A DNA stretch of 64,000 nt from a virus (Duplodnaviria > Caudoviricetes): positions 47,468 through 111,467 of the IMG/VR virus record IMGVR_UViG_3300010998_000021; one strand, written 5' to 3'. The notes below the pieces were generated by a model that was not told where the DNA came from, ran no database searches, and was given only the letters and a program-made list of their open reading frames with translations. Positions 10,201 through 20,844 of this stretch are shown here, piece after piece; within the stretch, counting starts at the first letter, position 1; each line of letters starts with the position of its first letter. A program made the translations under genes and the position numbers.

Positions 10201-11838
10201 TTATTGTGTACTCGGTGCAGGAGTACCATTTGTGTTATTTGCTTTTGTCTGCAATGTACTGTAGTTAGAACTATCATCATCAGTAGGTCTGCCAACCTTA
10301 TCATCTTTAGAAGAATATGTATAACTTGTTTGATGAACAGGATATTTGTTTTCTATATTATCTTCTAATTCTTGATCTAACAAAGCAAAATATACTTCTG
10401 GTGAAATTCCAGCAGCACTCGCCCAAAGCGACAATGAACCTTTCCCTTGCAAATACAAATCCTTTGCATTAGCAACCATTGTTTTTTGATTTACATAAGT
10501 AGTAGGAAGATACTTACATTCAACACTATTTCTTTTATCTTTTATTATATTCGCATTGATACATTTATTTAATTCTGCTTCGATTTGTTCTATCCATTGA
10601 AATATTTCTGAACTTAATAATTCTAAATTATTTACTTGCGAAGAATAGTTACCACTTCCAGAGCCATTAAGAAGAGATGCTGCTATACCTAAATCCATTG
10701 CTATTTTATCGCAAAGATTTGACTCATACTTATCATCAAATATATCTGTATTATTTGCATCAATACTGTTAATTTTAGTTCCGGCAGCAACAGAAAAGAA
10801 TGAAATACCACCGCGATTGTTTTTATTCATTACTGCGCCTTTGACTTTTTCGTGTTGATTTTGTTGCTGTTTTTGTGACAGGGCAGAAGTGCCTTTATCT
10901 TTTCCTTCTGGAAAAGTTTGATAAATTATCCTATTATTTATTTCATCTAATACATTTCTTTTAGTATCAGTAAAATAATCACCGTAAAGGACATCGTTAA
11001 TTGCAGCAAGAGCAAGCGGTCTTCCCCACGGTTCTTCTTTGCTACTTCTAATTTTATGAACAATAGTTTTTGTTGGATCAAGAACAACCCATCTTTCATG
11101 ATTCCCTTGATAGTATTTATCTCTAATTTCTTTAGGATATTTTCTCAGTTTTCTATCAGCTTCTTCGCCTTCGCAATTATCAAAATATGATAAATCAAAT
11201 GCTAATTGATAATTCGAGTTTCTTATCCCAATAATCTTTGTATAATCAGGAGATAGTGAAATTATTGACGCATTTATGCCTAATTCATTTATTTCATGTA
11301 TTCTTTCAACGTCATAATTACTCATTATTTTTTCTCTTGATAACGGTCTTTCAGTTGTCTCGAAATAGTAAAACGCAATACCATCAACCATACCACGGAA
11401 AAGCGCATCACGCACAATCTCTTTATGCTTAATGCCTTTAAGCGTAGATTGCATAAGGAGTCTATTTCTTTTCTTTTTCTGTTTACTTTCTCCATAAGGA
11501 ACTATTACATTATCAAGCGTAGGTATGGCAGTCATATAATCAACAGTGTTTGTGTAAACACCGTTACACCCATATAATATGCGAGATATTTCACGTAATA
11601 CCTGATTGTTAGCCATTGGATCACGAATTAAATCCCTTATTTGTTCTGGCTTATATAAATCGAAAACATTCATCATGCCATAATATGAAATGGCGTTAAG
11701 ACGATAAGAACGGAATGAGTTAAATTCATATTCTGTATTATCTTGTTTTATATCTTGTTGTTGATTGTTTTCGTAGTTTAGTTTTTTATAATTACTTCGT
11801 CTATTATAAGAGGAAGTAGTATTATTTTTGTTTGCCAT
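10201..11838 (-). CDS. Portal protein
   Basis: 545 aa after the terminase; EPWGRP motif and C-terminal VGRP typical of SPbeta-like portals. Confidence 0.8.
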   Translation of the reverse strand: MANKNNTTSSYNRRSNYKKLNYENNQQQDIKQDNTEYEFNSFRSYRLNAISYYGMMNVFDLYKPEQIRDLIRDPMANNQVLREISRILYGCNGVYTNTVDYMTAIPTLDNVIVPYGESKQKKKRNRLLMQSTLKGIKHKEIVRDALFRGMVDGIAFYYFETTERPLSREKIMSNYDVERIHEINELGINASIISLSPDYTKIIGIRNSNYQLAFDLSYFDNCEGEEADRKLRKYPKEIRDKYYQGNHERWVVLDPTKTIVHKIRSSKEEPWGRPLALAAINDVLYGDYFTDTKRNVLDEINNRIIYQTFPEGKDKGTSALSQKQQQNQHEKVKGAVMNKNNRGGISFFSVAAGTKINSIDANNTDIFDDKYESNLCDKIAMDLGIAASLLNGSGSGNYSSQVNNLELLSSEIFQWIEQIEAELNKCINANIIKDKRNSVECKYLPTTYVNQKTMVANAKDLYLQGKGSLSLWASAAGISPEVYFALLDQELEDNIENKYPVHQTSYTYSSKDDKVGRPTDDDSSNYSTLQTKANNTNGTPAPSTQ

Positions 11839-12951
11839 TTAACATACCTCCTCGTTAAGTAGCAATTCATTGTCTAAAATAATATCAATATTATCGAAAT
11901 CCTTATATGATATACGAATTAAATGGATATTATGATTTTTGCAATAGTCTGTTTTAATTCTATCTCTTCTTTGCGTTTCTACTAAAGCATTCTCCCCACC
12001 CCATAAATCAACTGCTTCAAAATGTTGAATACCATCATATTCAATTGCTATCGAACAATTTGGGATAAAGAAGTCAAATGGTAAAGTATATATATCTTTG
12101 CAATCATCAAATCTATATTGTGCAACATATTCTATATTGTTGTCATTTAAAAATTTTCTAATACGTTTTTCACCTTTTGATGAAGCACAATATGGGCAAC
12201 CACGTAAATTATGAAGTAAATTCCTTGGTGATGATTCGTTGATATTACCACAAGATTTACATCTATATGCTATCTTTGTATCCATATTTTTGTATTCACC
12301 AATAATTTCGATGTTATTATTTATTTCAAACAATTTTTCTGCGAAAGAATCAGTAGTATACTTAGCCACGCCAGAACACACAGGGCATCCTGTACCAAAT
12401 AATAAATTCCCCGGACGCGCATTCCATTCATTCCCACATTCTTTACATCTGCATTTTACTTTAGTAAATGAATTTTTGTATTCATCTAAAATCTCAATAT
12501 TCGAATTTATTGTCCTAAGTTTTTCAACGAATGTTTCGGTAGTGTATCTTTCTTTCTTTGAACATCTCGGACATCCATAACCGTTTAATAACGAAGATGG
12601 GACTGCCATATATTCATACCCACAAATAGAACATGCACATCGAATTTTAATATTATTCCTCACATATTTGCCAAGTGGAACGATATGTTTATTAGCTTCT
12701 TTTAATTCAGCAATAAATTCATCATTACTTTTTGATTTTATATCTGAACTCCTTTTATTTGAACATAATGGGCATCCATGCCCTTTTAATAAGTTATGTG
12801 GAAACGCACTCCATGTGTGTCCACATTTAATACATTCGCATTCTATATAATCATTCGTCCTTTTATATTGACCAATAATTTTTATGTTTGGATTTATATT
12901 CTTGATTTGATTGATAAATTCCTCATGTGTTTTCTTCCGCATTTTAATCAC
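11839..12951 (-). CDS. Free-standing Zn-ribbon-repeat Vsr-like endonuclease
   Basis: Four CxxC/GCPxC repeats plus SKGE...PFDFFIP...IEYDGIQH. Confidence 0.75.
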   Translation of the reverse strand: MIKMRKKTHEEFINQIKNINPNIKIIGQYKRTNDYIECECIKCGHTWSAFPHNLLKGHGCPLCSNKRSSDIKSKSNDEFIAELKEANKHIVPLGKYVRNNIKIRCACSICGYEYMAVPSSLLNGYGCPRCSKKERYTTETFVEKLRTINSNIEILDEYKNSFTKVKCRCKECGNEWNARPGNLLFGTGCPVCSGVAKYTTDSFAEKLFEINNNIEIIGEYKNMDTKIAYRCKSCGNINESSPRNLLHNLRGCPYCASSKGEKRIRKFLNDNNIEYVAQYRFDDCKDIYTLPFDFFIPNCSIAIEYDGIQHFEAVDLWGGENALVETQRRDRIKTDYCKNHNIHLIRISYKDFDNIDIILDNELLLNEEVC

Positions 12952-12960
12952 TCCTAATAA

Positions 12961-13149
12961 TCACTCATTATCTGCATAAAAAATAGCAAGTTGCCGAAAC
13001 AACTCGCTACTTTTTTTGTATTTATATATTGATATTCCGTTTTGATTTCTTTTGACAAATGAATATCTTATTCCAACGCTCTTTAAAAAATCAACTTCTT
13101 TTCGCCATTGAGTTTGATATTCAATATCATAACTATTTTCACTCTTCAT
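12961..13149 (-). CDS. Small DUF5659-like protein
   Basis: EY.TQW..EV.FL...GI.Y.F......YKYKKS..LF pattern. Confidence 0.5.
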   Translation of the reverse strand: MKSENSYDIEYQTQWRKEVDFLKSVGIRYSFVKRNQNGISIYKYKKSSELFRQLAIFYADNE

Positions 13150-13152
13150 ATT

Positions 13153-14988
13153 TTAATTTATAAATACACCATATTCATATTCTTCGTTGTTTGTGCTTAA
13201 ATCTTGTGCCAGTTTGTCAGCAAAATAGCACAAATATGAAACAGAAGTATATCTATCTTTTCTATTAGAACCTTGCTCTTTAACAACTATTACACCTGTT
13301 TGATCTTTCTTCTCATATGTAAGTTCTGTTGTTTCCGAAATTAAAGCCTGCGTTTCTAAAAACGGACTTTCAAAAAAGATTTGGTCATCAGCAGATGGAG
13401 CATTGGTATATTCTGGCAGTTGACTTAAATATTCTTCTTGCGCTTCTTGGAATGGAATAAGCAAGTCAATTTTCTTATCAACAAGATAATGCCTGAAATT
13501 AACAGCAATATCGCTATTTAACTTTTGCGAAGCATTAATAACAAATATTCTTTCTTCAGCGCCTTCGAACCTTATTCTATTTGCAACACTTTCATCATTC
13601 ATGCATGTCAATGGAACGTATTCAATGTCTCGTTCATCATCATACATTATATTGGCAAGCATATCATATATACTTACACCAGCATTACGCATATCCAATA
13701 CTATGTAATCTGCTTCGAAATCTTCATATAGTTGTCTTATTTTTAGTGCTTGCTTAGTTGTGTCTCCACCTTGGACAGAAAGCATAAATGGTATCATTAC
13801 CCTATATCCGTTATTAATTTCTTTATCTTCATCATCATTGCTTCTTCTATAACGAGTAAACTCTGGTATTAAACGACCACAAGAAAAGATAGAATTATCA
13901 TTCTTTTTATTTTCAATAAAAGCCATATCACAACTTATGACGCGAATCTCGCCTTTCTGTTTAGGAATTGCATATGGATTTTTCTTACCAACCCTTACGT
14001 CAGTATTATCCCTTGGATAAAACGGTTTCTTCAGCCTTTGATTCTGTTGAAGCATTGAATAAGTAAAATAAGCAGAGGTGTTTTCTTTCACGCGTTCATT
14101 TAAAAACTCAATGCGCCAAGTTAAAGGGTCTTGTTTCTTTTTTTCTTTTCTAAGTTGTGTAAGACTTTTAATATTATGTTTTAATACAATGGATTCATCA
14201 AATGCCAATAATATAGAATTGTCACTAATAAACATTTCTTTATATGCTTGGTCAACAAGATTCCACATCCAATGACCATTATCAAGCCAACTTGAAGAAA
14301 TATAAACATCAACTGCTTCATCTAATGCGTCTGGAACATTCGTATAGTCTCCAGATGTAGCATATGGAGCTTGTCTCATAACCTGAAAAGGCGATAAAAT
14401 ACTGTCATCAACAAATTTTTTAATTTGCCTAAACTCTTCACGTATTAAAACAGTTGACCTATTTCCTCTGCCGTTTTCGCTTGCAGTGACAACTTTAATT
14501 TGACTTTTGTTTTTAAACATTACAATAACTTCGTCCTGTGAAGTTTTTATATTTTCAATTTCATTATCAACCATTGGGAAATTTCTAAGAAATTTGTTAA
14601 TCTTATCTTTGACAATCAAAGCAGATTGCCCTCGCGTTGCTGAACTTAAAACAACTTCAGAATACGAACGAAGTATACATATGCATACTGCATAAATAGA
14701 AATAACAAGTGATTTAGCAGCTGCACGACAAGCAACAATAACGCACAACTGGCTTACGCTCATTAAATAAAGAATAATTGACTGATATATATGTAAGTTT
14801 ATTCCTAAGAAATCTTTAGCAAATCTATGAAGATTTCTTCTAAAAAAAGTATTCCATAATAAGACATGGTGCATATTTTCCTGATTATTCAGGAAATGAC
14901 CACTCGGCATTTTCTTGTATAATTCCCTTTGTCTATCATCTGCAAACTCAGAAATTTTCTTTACTTTCTTTGTTACATATCCGCTCAT
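13153..14988 (-). CDS. Terminase large subunit
   Basis: Walker A variant ACRAAAKS, RGNR, Walker B LIREEFR, YISS coupling motif, nuclease motifs SCDMA and KDRYTSVSY. Confidence 0.9.
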   Translation of the reverse strand: MSGYVTKKVKKISEFADDRQRELYKKMPSGHFLNNQENMHHVLLWNTFFRRNLHRFAKDFLGINLHIYQSIILYLMSVSQLCVIVACRAAAKSLVISIYAVCICILRSYSEVVLSSATRGQSALIVKDKINKFLRNFPMVDNEIENIKTSQDEVIVMFKNKSQIKVVTASENGRGNRSTVLIREEFRQIKKFVDDSILSPFQVMRQAPYATSGDYTNVPDALDEAVDVYISSSWLDNGHWMWNLVDQAYKEMFISDNSILLAFDESIVLKHNIKSLTQLRKEKKKQDPLTWRIEFLNERVKENTSAYFTYSMLQQNQRLKKPFYPRDNTDVRVGKKNPYAIPKQKGEIRVISCDMAFIENKKNDNSIFSCGRLIPEFTRYRRSNDDEDKEINNGYRVMIPFMLSVQGGDTTKQALKIRQLYEDFEADYIVLDMRNAGVSIYDMLANIMYDDERDIEYVPLTCMNDESVANRIRFEGAEERIFVINASQKLNSDIAVNFRHYLVDKKIDLLIPFQEAQEEYLSQLPEYTNAPSADDQIFFESPFLETQALISETTELTYEKKDQTGVIVVKEQGSNRKDRYTSVSYLCYFADKLAQDLSTNNEEYEYGVFIN

Positions 14989-15887
14989 TCTTCTTCATCG
15001 CTTACGAAAAATTCTTTATCGCGGTCAGTAGTTCCTAATTGCAGATTTTTCAAAGGTCTTAATACAAATCGTTTGAAGTATTCGCCAATACCATCAAAGT
15101 CCTTATAAAGTTTCTTATCTTTATAGTATTCCTCTGGCGTATACTTACTAATCATACTTATCCATGTTCCCCAACTTTCATTGTTGGACTCCGCAACATC
15201 TGACGTTGTTTTTAGTCCTGCTTGCGCAAAAGTTTTTCTATATGATTCAGTCAATTTTATATAATCATCTGTCCGTCCTGATTTCATTGCTCTCATCTGT
15301 TGCATTTTTGTTTGGCATAAATCCATGATGAATATCTCTTGATTGCTATCAAAATCAGGATTAGCTTTTTTCAAATATTTATAATGTTCTTCTAATGTTT
15401 TATAATCATCATCTGAGAGTCCAGAACCCCAACGCATCCGTACAGACTCAGGGATAGTTGTTACAGGTTGCTCTTCTGGAGTATTTATTTGTGTATCTAT
15501 ATCAAAAAGAAAACTCTCGTTAATAGTATTGTCGAAAGTTTTCTTCTTATTTTGAATGATATTAAGTTTTCTTATGTAATCTCCAATGGGAGGAGTAGCA
15601 TCTTGATAACTATTTAAACAAGATTCTATGATTTTATCACTATAGTACATATCGTAAGCCATGCAAACACGTTTGACAGCCTTACGAATGTCACGATATT
15701 TTAATAAGTATTTATTATATACTTGTGCAAGACAATCTTTGCATATCGGCATATAGCCACTATTGTTAAATAAATCACTATAACTACGATAAAAATATGT
15801 TGGCTTTGAATCTATTCTTCCACATTTCATGCATCGATATTCTATTTCTCGCACAGGTAAAATATCAGATTTTGCCAATATATCCAC
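14985..15887 (-). CDS. Putative terminase small subunit
   Basis: N-terminal CxxC...PICKDC, RWGSG motif, overlaps the large-subunit start. Confidence 0.6.
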   Translation of the reverse strand: MDILAKSDILPVREIEYRCMKCGRIDSKPTYFYRSYSDLFNNSGYMPICKDCLAQVYNKYLLKYRDIRKAVKRVCMAYDMYYSDKIIESCLNSYQDATPPIGDYIRKLNIIQNKKKTFDNTINESFLFDIDTQINTPEEQPVTTIPESVRMRWGSGLSDDDYKTLEEHYKYLKKANPDFDSNQEIFIMDLCQTKMQQMRAMKSGRTDDYIKLTESYRKTFAQAGLKTTSDVAESNNESWGTWISMISKYTPEEYYKDKKLYKDFDGIGEYFKRFVLRPLKNLQLGTTDRDKEFFVSDEEE

Positions 15888-15934
15888 CTCTTTATTTCAA
15901 CTAATGTAATAATATCAACTATAATTATTTTGTA

Positions 15935-18268
15935 TTATTTAATTGTTGCCAAAGATTTGAACGTAAGAACGCCAGCAACTCCATCTACTTCAAGATTATA
16001 TTGCTTCTGATATGTTTTTAATGCTTTAATCATTTTATCGTTTGCAACCAATCCATAAGGTTCAATTCCATTAATATATAAACCGATTCCGAGAACAGTT
16101 GCGAGATCGCTTTTAGTGTTCAACATTACAACATATTTCTTTAAAGATGATTCCGTCTTTGCGCCAAAAATGCCATCTACAATTAATCCACAACCATGTG
16201 ATCTGTTTAACGCTGTTTGAATAGCTTTAATAAATGCTTTCCTTGTGTTCTTTCCGTATTCGCCATCAACTTCGAGATTTGCATGAATATAATTGTTCAG
16301 GTGTACTTGACCGCATTTTACGAGATTTAACTTTTTATCTTTATTGATTTCTATATCTGTAACAAAAGGTAATCTATAAGCACAAACAAATCCGTTTATT
16401 GGTTCAACGAACGGTTGATTGCTTTTTAATCTTGCATCAGAACCACCGTCATATCTTTCATACATTCCATTTTCCTTTTTATTCCCGACAAGGAATACAT
16501 GACCTGTTAAGAATACAATGTCACCAGCTTTAACCTCTGTCAACTTTGTTATTTTCTTAACACCTTGATAATTAGAAAGATATTTTTCCAATGCACCAAC
16601 ATTTCTATTTCCAACATCTTTTAATCCGGCATTCCATAGGATCATGTCAACAAGCCTGTCACAAGATGCTAAATGTTCATATTTATATACAGACGGTAAG
16701 AATGCAGCATTTCCATAATTCCATCCTTTTACATAATCGGTTGTCTCTTTAGCTATTTTAAGGAAACCAGATACATTTAAGGATAATTTAGAGTTTTTAG
16801 CATCTTTTAGCAATTCATTTAAAGCCTTGTCAGATTCATTTCCGTAAATGCCATCCTCTTCAAGTCCACAAGATTTCTGTAAAGCTAACACAGACTTTTC
16901 TGTTATATCACCGAATGAACCATCACAAAACTTAGAAGGATTGCTATAATATCCACAGTCAGCAAATCCCACAAGAAGGAGATTTTCTTGCAATGTCTTT
17001 ACGTCATTGCCGTTCATTCCTTTCTTTAAATAGATTTCCTCTACATAGTCATATCTTGGTCTACCAAATCCGGCTACCCGATTTCCATTTCCGACTTGTG
17101 CATAACTATAAGAGTGTCTCGCAACGCAACCACCATTAGTTGTAAATCCATCTGAATTTGTATTACCTTCTATAGTATGTACGATCTTAGATGATTTATC
17201 TACACTTTCAACGTATCCTACATGGCATATTCTTCCCATAGAGGATGAATAGAAATAAATGACATCGCCTTTCTCTGGTGTAGTATACCACCTTCCGGCG
17301 TTTTTAAAGTAAGATGAGCCATCAGGAGTGTATCCAGTCATATAATTTCCAGAATTAGTTTGGCATAAAAACTCCTTTGCGTTAGCAATGCTACCTGTTA
17401 CCTCTACGGCAACACCATCCACAAAATACTGACACCATTGATCCCCGTTCCCTGCTCCTGCTAACGGTTGAAATTTTTGATAATTTCCACTTCCTGCATC
17501 GGCAGTAAATGATTCCATATCAGCACTCGCATGATTTTTCTCTCTATACCCTATATAATGTTTTGCTCTTTCAATAATTTTTTCTGCTGTAATTCCCATA
17601 CTATCTACCGCCTTATCTTGACTTACATCAGATGAATCTACATACTTTTCAATAAATTCTTTACATTTTTGATGGCGTGACCAGAATAAAGAATCGCCTA
17701 CTTGGTTATTAGATGATTTATCGTTTTGGTCTTTCTTTAAAGAAGCCATTATTGCATCTAAACTATAATCACCTTTACAACGATTAAAGATTCTTTCAGC
17801 CGGATTCTTACCACCTAAATGTCTGATTTCGCAATACATCATGATTGCTCTGATATCTTTTGTATAATTTGATTCACAATCAGAAATAAACTTCTTCATC
17901 AGTTCGGCAAATAATTCATCTTGACATTTCTTTCCAGTATCAGTTGTTATTAATCTGATAAGGGTATTCTTCTGAGAAGAAGTAGGATTCCAACGAATCG
18001 CAACCCAATCCTTAGAAAGCATAGACTTGATTGAACCATTTGAATCAATTTGCTCAAATTCACTTGGATTCGCATCATAAATCAGTTGAATTAACTTCTT
18101 AGCTTCAGAACCATAGTTTTGCGCCCATCCAAGTGTTACTGTATATTCTTTGCTTGTATTTTCAAACTGTCCTGCATACGCATCGTATCTGCGATTGCCA
18201 TAAATCTGACCACCAGATTCAACAGCACCGATAATGTTTACGAGAACGCCCATGTTTTTACTATTCAT
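15935..18268 (-). CDS. Multidomain endolysin/cell-wall hydrolase (CHAP plus peptidoglycan-binding repeats)
   Basis: QWCQYFV...CHVGYV...IEGNT CHAP motifs and several DG..G..T PG-binding repeats. Confidence 0.8.
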   Translation of the reverse strand: MNSKNMGVLVNIIGAVESGGQIYGNRRYDAYAGQFENTSKEYTVTLGWAQNYGSEAKKLIQLIYDANPSEFEQIDSNGSIKSMLSKDWVAIRWNPTSSQKNTLIRLITTDTGKKCQDELFAELMKKFISDCESNYTKDIRAIMMYCEIRHLGGKNPAERIFNRCKGDYSLDAIMASLKKDQNDKSSNNQVGDSLFWSRHQKCKEFIEKYVDSSDVSQDKAVDSMGITAEKIIERAKHYIGYREKNHASADMESFTADAGSGNYQKFQPLAGAGNGDQWCQYFVDGVAVEVTGSIANAKEFLCQTNSGNYMTGYTPDGSSYFKNAGRWYTTPEKGDVIYFYSSSMGRICHVGYVESVDKSSKIVHTIEGNTNSDGFTTNGGCVARHSYSYAQVGNGNRVAGFGRPRYDYVEEIYLKKGMNGNDVKTLQENLLLVGFADCGYYSNPSKFCDGSFGDITEKSVLALQKSCGLEEDGIYGNESDKALNELLKDAKNSKLSLNVSGFLKIAKETTDYVKGWNYGNAAFLPSVYKYEHLASCDRLVDMILWNAGLKDVGNRNVGALEKYLSNYQGVKKITKLTEVKAGDIVFLTGHVFLVGNKKENGMYERYDGGSDARLKSNQPFVEPINGFVCAYRLPFVTDIEINKDKKLNLVKCGQVHLNNYIHANLEVDGEYGKNTRKAFIKAIQTALNRSHGCGLIVDGIFGAKTESSLKKYVVMLNTKSDLATVLGIGLYINGIEPYGLVANDKMIKALKTYQKQYNLEVDGVAGVLTFKSLATIK

Positions 18269-18324
18269 TTATTTTCCTCCACTAAAAAAGCAGAGCATAT
18301 TTCGCTCTGCATAAACATATAATA

Positions 18325-18399
18325 TTGCTACGCACCAGAATCGAACTGATTTATCCAACCTTATGAGGGTTAGCAAGATTCCAACCTATACCGCCAGCT
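18325..18399 (-). tRNA. tRNA-like gene with CAT anticodon (Met/Ile2), degenerate
   Basis: Anticodon loop CTCATAA and T-arm TCAG-TTCGATT-CTGG present; acceptor stem pairs poorly. Confidence 0.5.
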
Positions 18400-18405
18400 A
18401 TAAAA

Positions 18406-18479
18406 CTGCCCCTGTCGGACTCGAACCAACGACTTCTTGCTTAACAGGCAAGCGTTACTACCAACTGAACTAAAGGGCA
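18406..18479 (-). tRNA. tRNA-Asn(GTT)
   Basis: Full cloverleaf: TGCCCTT/AGGGGCA acceptor, CTGTTAA loop, GTTCGAG T-loop; CCA not encoded. Confidence 0.9.
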
Positions 18480-18497
18480 AAAATAAAGAAGAGTAGT

Positions 18498-18947
18498 TTA
18501 CTCTTCTAAAAAATAATTAATTAACTTTTCTATACATTCTATTACGTCATCATTATGTTTATTTATTTCATATTCAAAACAAATTGAACCTTCTGCTGAT
18601 TTAACAATGAGTGAATTAGCGTCACCGTCAATTAATGTTAAAATACCATCATTACCAAAATTGTAATATCCTTCTCCATGATATTTATTCTTTTTATGAA
18701 ACGCTTTTTCACAACTTACATTCATTTCACCATCTATTATGACATAATATTCTTTATCGTAACCGTCATACGTTGAATCGTTTATTTCTATGTCTAAGAT
18801 ATTTGTTCTATCAAAACTTATTAATTTTTTTAATAGTTTCTTAGCATCTTTATAGAATAATACTGCGTACACAGTAATACCGTAACACGCATTTGCATAC
18901 ATAAAGTTAGCTAACTCTTTGTGGTTTCTAAAAGTAATTTTATTCAT
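18498..18947 (-). CDS. Hypothetical protein
   Basis: 149-aa ORF in the operon. Confidence 0.55.
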   Translation of the reverse strand: MNKITFRNHKELANFMYANACYGITVYAVLFYKDAKKLLKKLISFDRTNILDIEINDSTYDGYDKEYYVIIDGEMNVSCEKAFHKKNKYHGEGYYNFGNDGILTLIDGDANSLIVKSAEGSICFEYEINKHNDDVIECIEKLINYFLEE

Positions 18948-18952
18948 ATAAA

Positions 18953-19231
18953 TTACCCCATATTTATTGCTTCTTTGATTGGTTTACCAATTTTGCATTT
19001 TACTTTTTTCACAGGATCATAGTATTCTTTCTTTCCAGTCATGGGATTGTAACCATCTCTTCCCTTAAATTCTGTAACTTCAAAACTTACAAATCCCCGA
19101 ATACTTACCTTTTCGCCTTTTACGAGAGCATCTTTAACAACATCGCCAAATGTTTCAATCACTGCCTCGCATTCAATTTTTGGCAAACCTAACCTTTTTG
19201 AAATTTCTTTAACTATCTCATTTTTTTTCAT
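18953..19231 (-). CDS. hup: HU-family DNA-binding protein
   Basis: MKKNEIV...GEKVSIRGFVSFEV....R.GYNPMTGK HU signature. Confidence 0.85.
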   Translation of the reverse strand: MKKNEIVKEISKRLGLPKIECEAVIETFGDVVKDALVKGEKVSIRGFVSFEVTEFKGRDGYNPMTGKKEYYDPVKKVKCKIGKPIKEAINMG

Positions 19232-19404
19232 CTCACTTTCTTCCTTGTTTAAAATACTGGTTTCGTTAAGGTGCTTGCCACCAATTTGAAAGCATTCCAC
19301 TTTCTTGCGAAATCAACTATTTCGTAAAGTATATGCATAGTTTTAACGATGCCAGTTCATCGGCAGATTGCTCCTTAATCCGCATAATTAAAGAATAGAC
19401 AAAA

Positions 19405-20610
19405 TTAGCAATCAACTTTTACATCGTAAATACAAACTAATCCGTTTTCGTCTACAACAGAAATAGTTTGTTCAGGTCTATTCTTTAGGCGTTTGTCTAT
19501 ACAATAATTATCTGAACCACACACACATCCAGATTGAATTACCTTTGTATCGTATACTGTAGTTAATGCATTTGTATGTCTATGACCCATCAATACGATA
19601 TCTGGCTTAATGTTAAATATCATCGTGAACTTTTGAACCACATCTGCGACATTATCTTTGTCTCCATGTGAACTCATAACTTTATTACCACGTACCTCAA
19701 ACATAGCAATATCGCAGTCTGTTAAGTTATCGCATATATAAACATTGTCACAGTTTTGCAATCTTGCTTTAAGGTAGTAGGGCAGTAGTATATCAAAATT
19801 TTCACCACGCAATGAGTGATCTTTGTTTGCTATGACACGAGAATGATTCCCCGGAGTTATGTAAACATATACATTATTGAAAGTGCCTGATATTTCTAAA
19901 ATCATTTCAGATAACATCGAAGAAACCATAATGAATTGTTCTATTACATTCTCATTATTTTCTATTCTTAGTGTTTCGTGAATTAATCCAGAAATGATTT
20001 CACCGATAACAACATAACAATTCTCAGAATTATGTCGTTCTTTTATTATGAATAATTGATTAAGATAGTTAATCAATCTTTGCTTTAGAATATCCATATT
20101 AAATCTGTTATACCAATTATCAATAAACATTCCGGCATGTAAATCGGTGATATGGCAAATCAAGTCGTTATCGGATTCTGAAAACACATTGTGTTCATAA
20201 CCAAGATCAAGCGGAACAACATTTGAAATCTTATTAGCAACTAAATCTAAAAATGATTCTGCTCTTGCCTGTTCGCGTAGTTTTCTGTTCAACTCTGTAC
20301 GTTCGTCAAACATTTTTTGTTTTTCTTTTCTTAGTTCAAACTTTGCGTCACGCAATTCTTTTAAATATGAGTCATCCGTGTATTTATTAAAAACACCAGA
20401 ATCATAAAATCTTTTTGCTTGCTGATATGATTTTCTGTATGCTGCTTCACTTCTGTATTCACTTTCGTCTTCTCTAAATTGTTTATTTATAATATCTGCA
20501 ATTTCATTCCAACTTAATCCAAGTAGTCCAGAATCTTTAGCTTGTCCTAAACGCCATATGAACTGTTCCTCATTTTCATTTGATTGTTTTTCTAAACCGA
20601 CATTTGACAT
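19405..20610 (-). CDS. Calcineurin-like metallophosphoesterase with N-terminal HTH/coiled coil
   Basis: TDLH, GE, GNH, SHGD and MGHRH motifs. Confidence 0.8.
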   Translation of the reverse strand: MSNVGLEKQSNENEEQFIWRLGQAKDSGLLGLSWNEIADIINKQFREDESEYRSEAAYRKSYQQAKRFYDSGVFNKYTDDSYLKELRDAKFELRKEKQKMFDERTELNRKLREQARAESFLDLVANKISNVVPLDLGYEHNVFSESDNDLICHITDLHAGMFIDNWYNRFNMDILKQRLINYLNQLFIIKERHNSENCYVVIGEIISGLIHETLRIENNENVIEQFIMVSSMLSEMILEISGTFNNVYVYITPGNHSRVIANKDHSLRGENFDILLPYYLKARLQNCDNVYICDNLTDCDIAMFEVRGNKVMSSHGDKDNVADVVQKFTMIFNIKPDIVLMGHRHTNALTTVYDTKVIQSGCVCGSDNYCIDKRLKNRPEQTISVVDENGLVCIYDVKVDC

Positions 20611-20620
20611 GTATTACCTC

Positions 20621-20830
20621 TTACTCGTCTAAATCAGTTTCATCTTTGGTTGATATAGTAACGCTTACTTCTTCGTTTAAAAACTGATTAAACAAATCTA
20701 ACACACTCACTGTTAATTCTTCATTACCATTTTCATATTCTATATATGTTTCATCATCTGCGTTTAAGACATACCCTTTTACTTTTATTACGTCTGATAC
20801 TGTTCGTGTATGTTTATAATTGTTAGCCAT
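20621..20830 (-). CDS. Small acidic protein (YonK-like position)
   Basis: 69 aa with SD; SPbeta-like synteny. Confidence 0.5.
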   Translation of the reverse strand: MANNYKHTRTVSDVIKVKGYVLNADDETYIEYENGNEELTVSVLDLFNQFLNEEVSVTISTKDETDLDE

Positions 20831-20844
20831 TATCTCCCGTCCTT

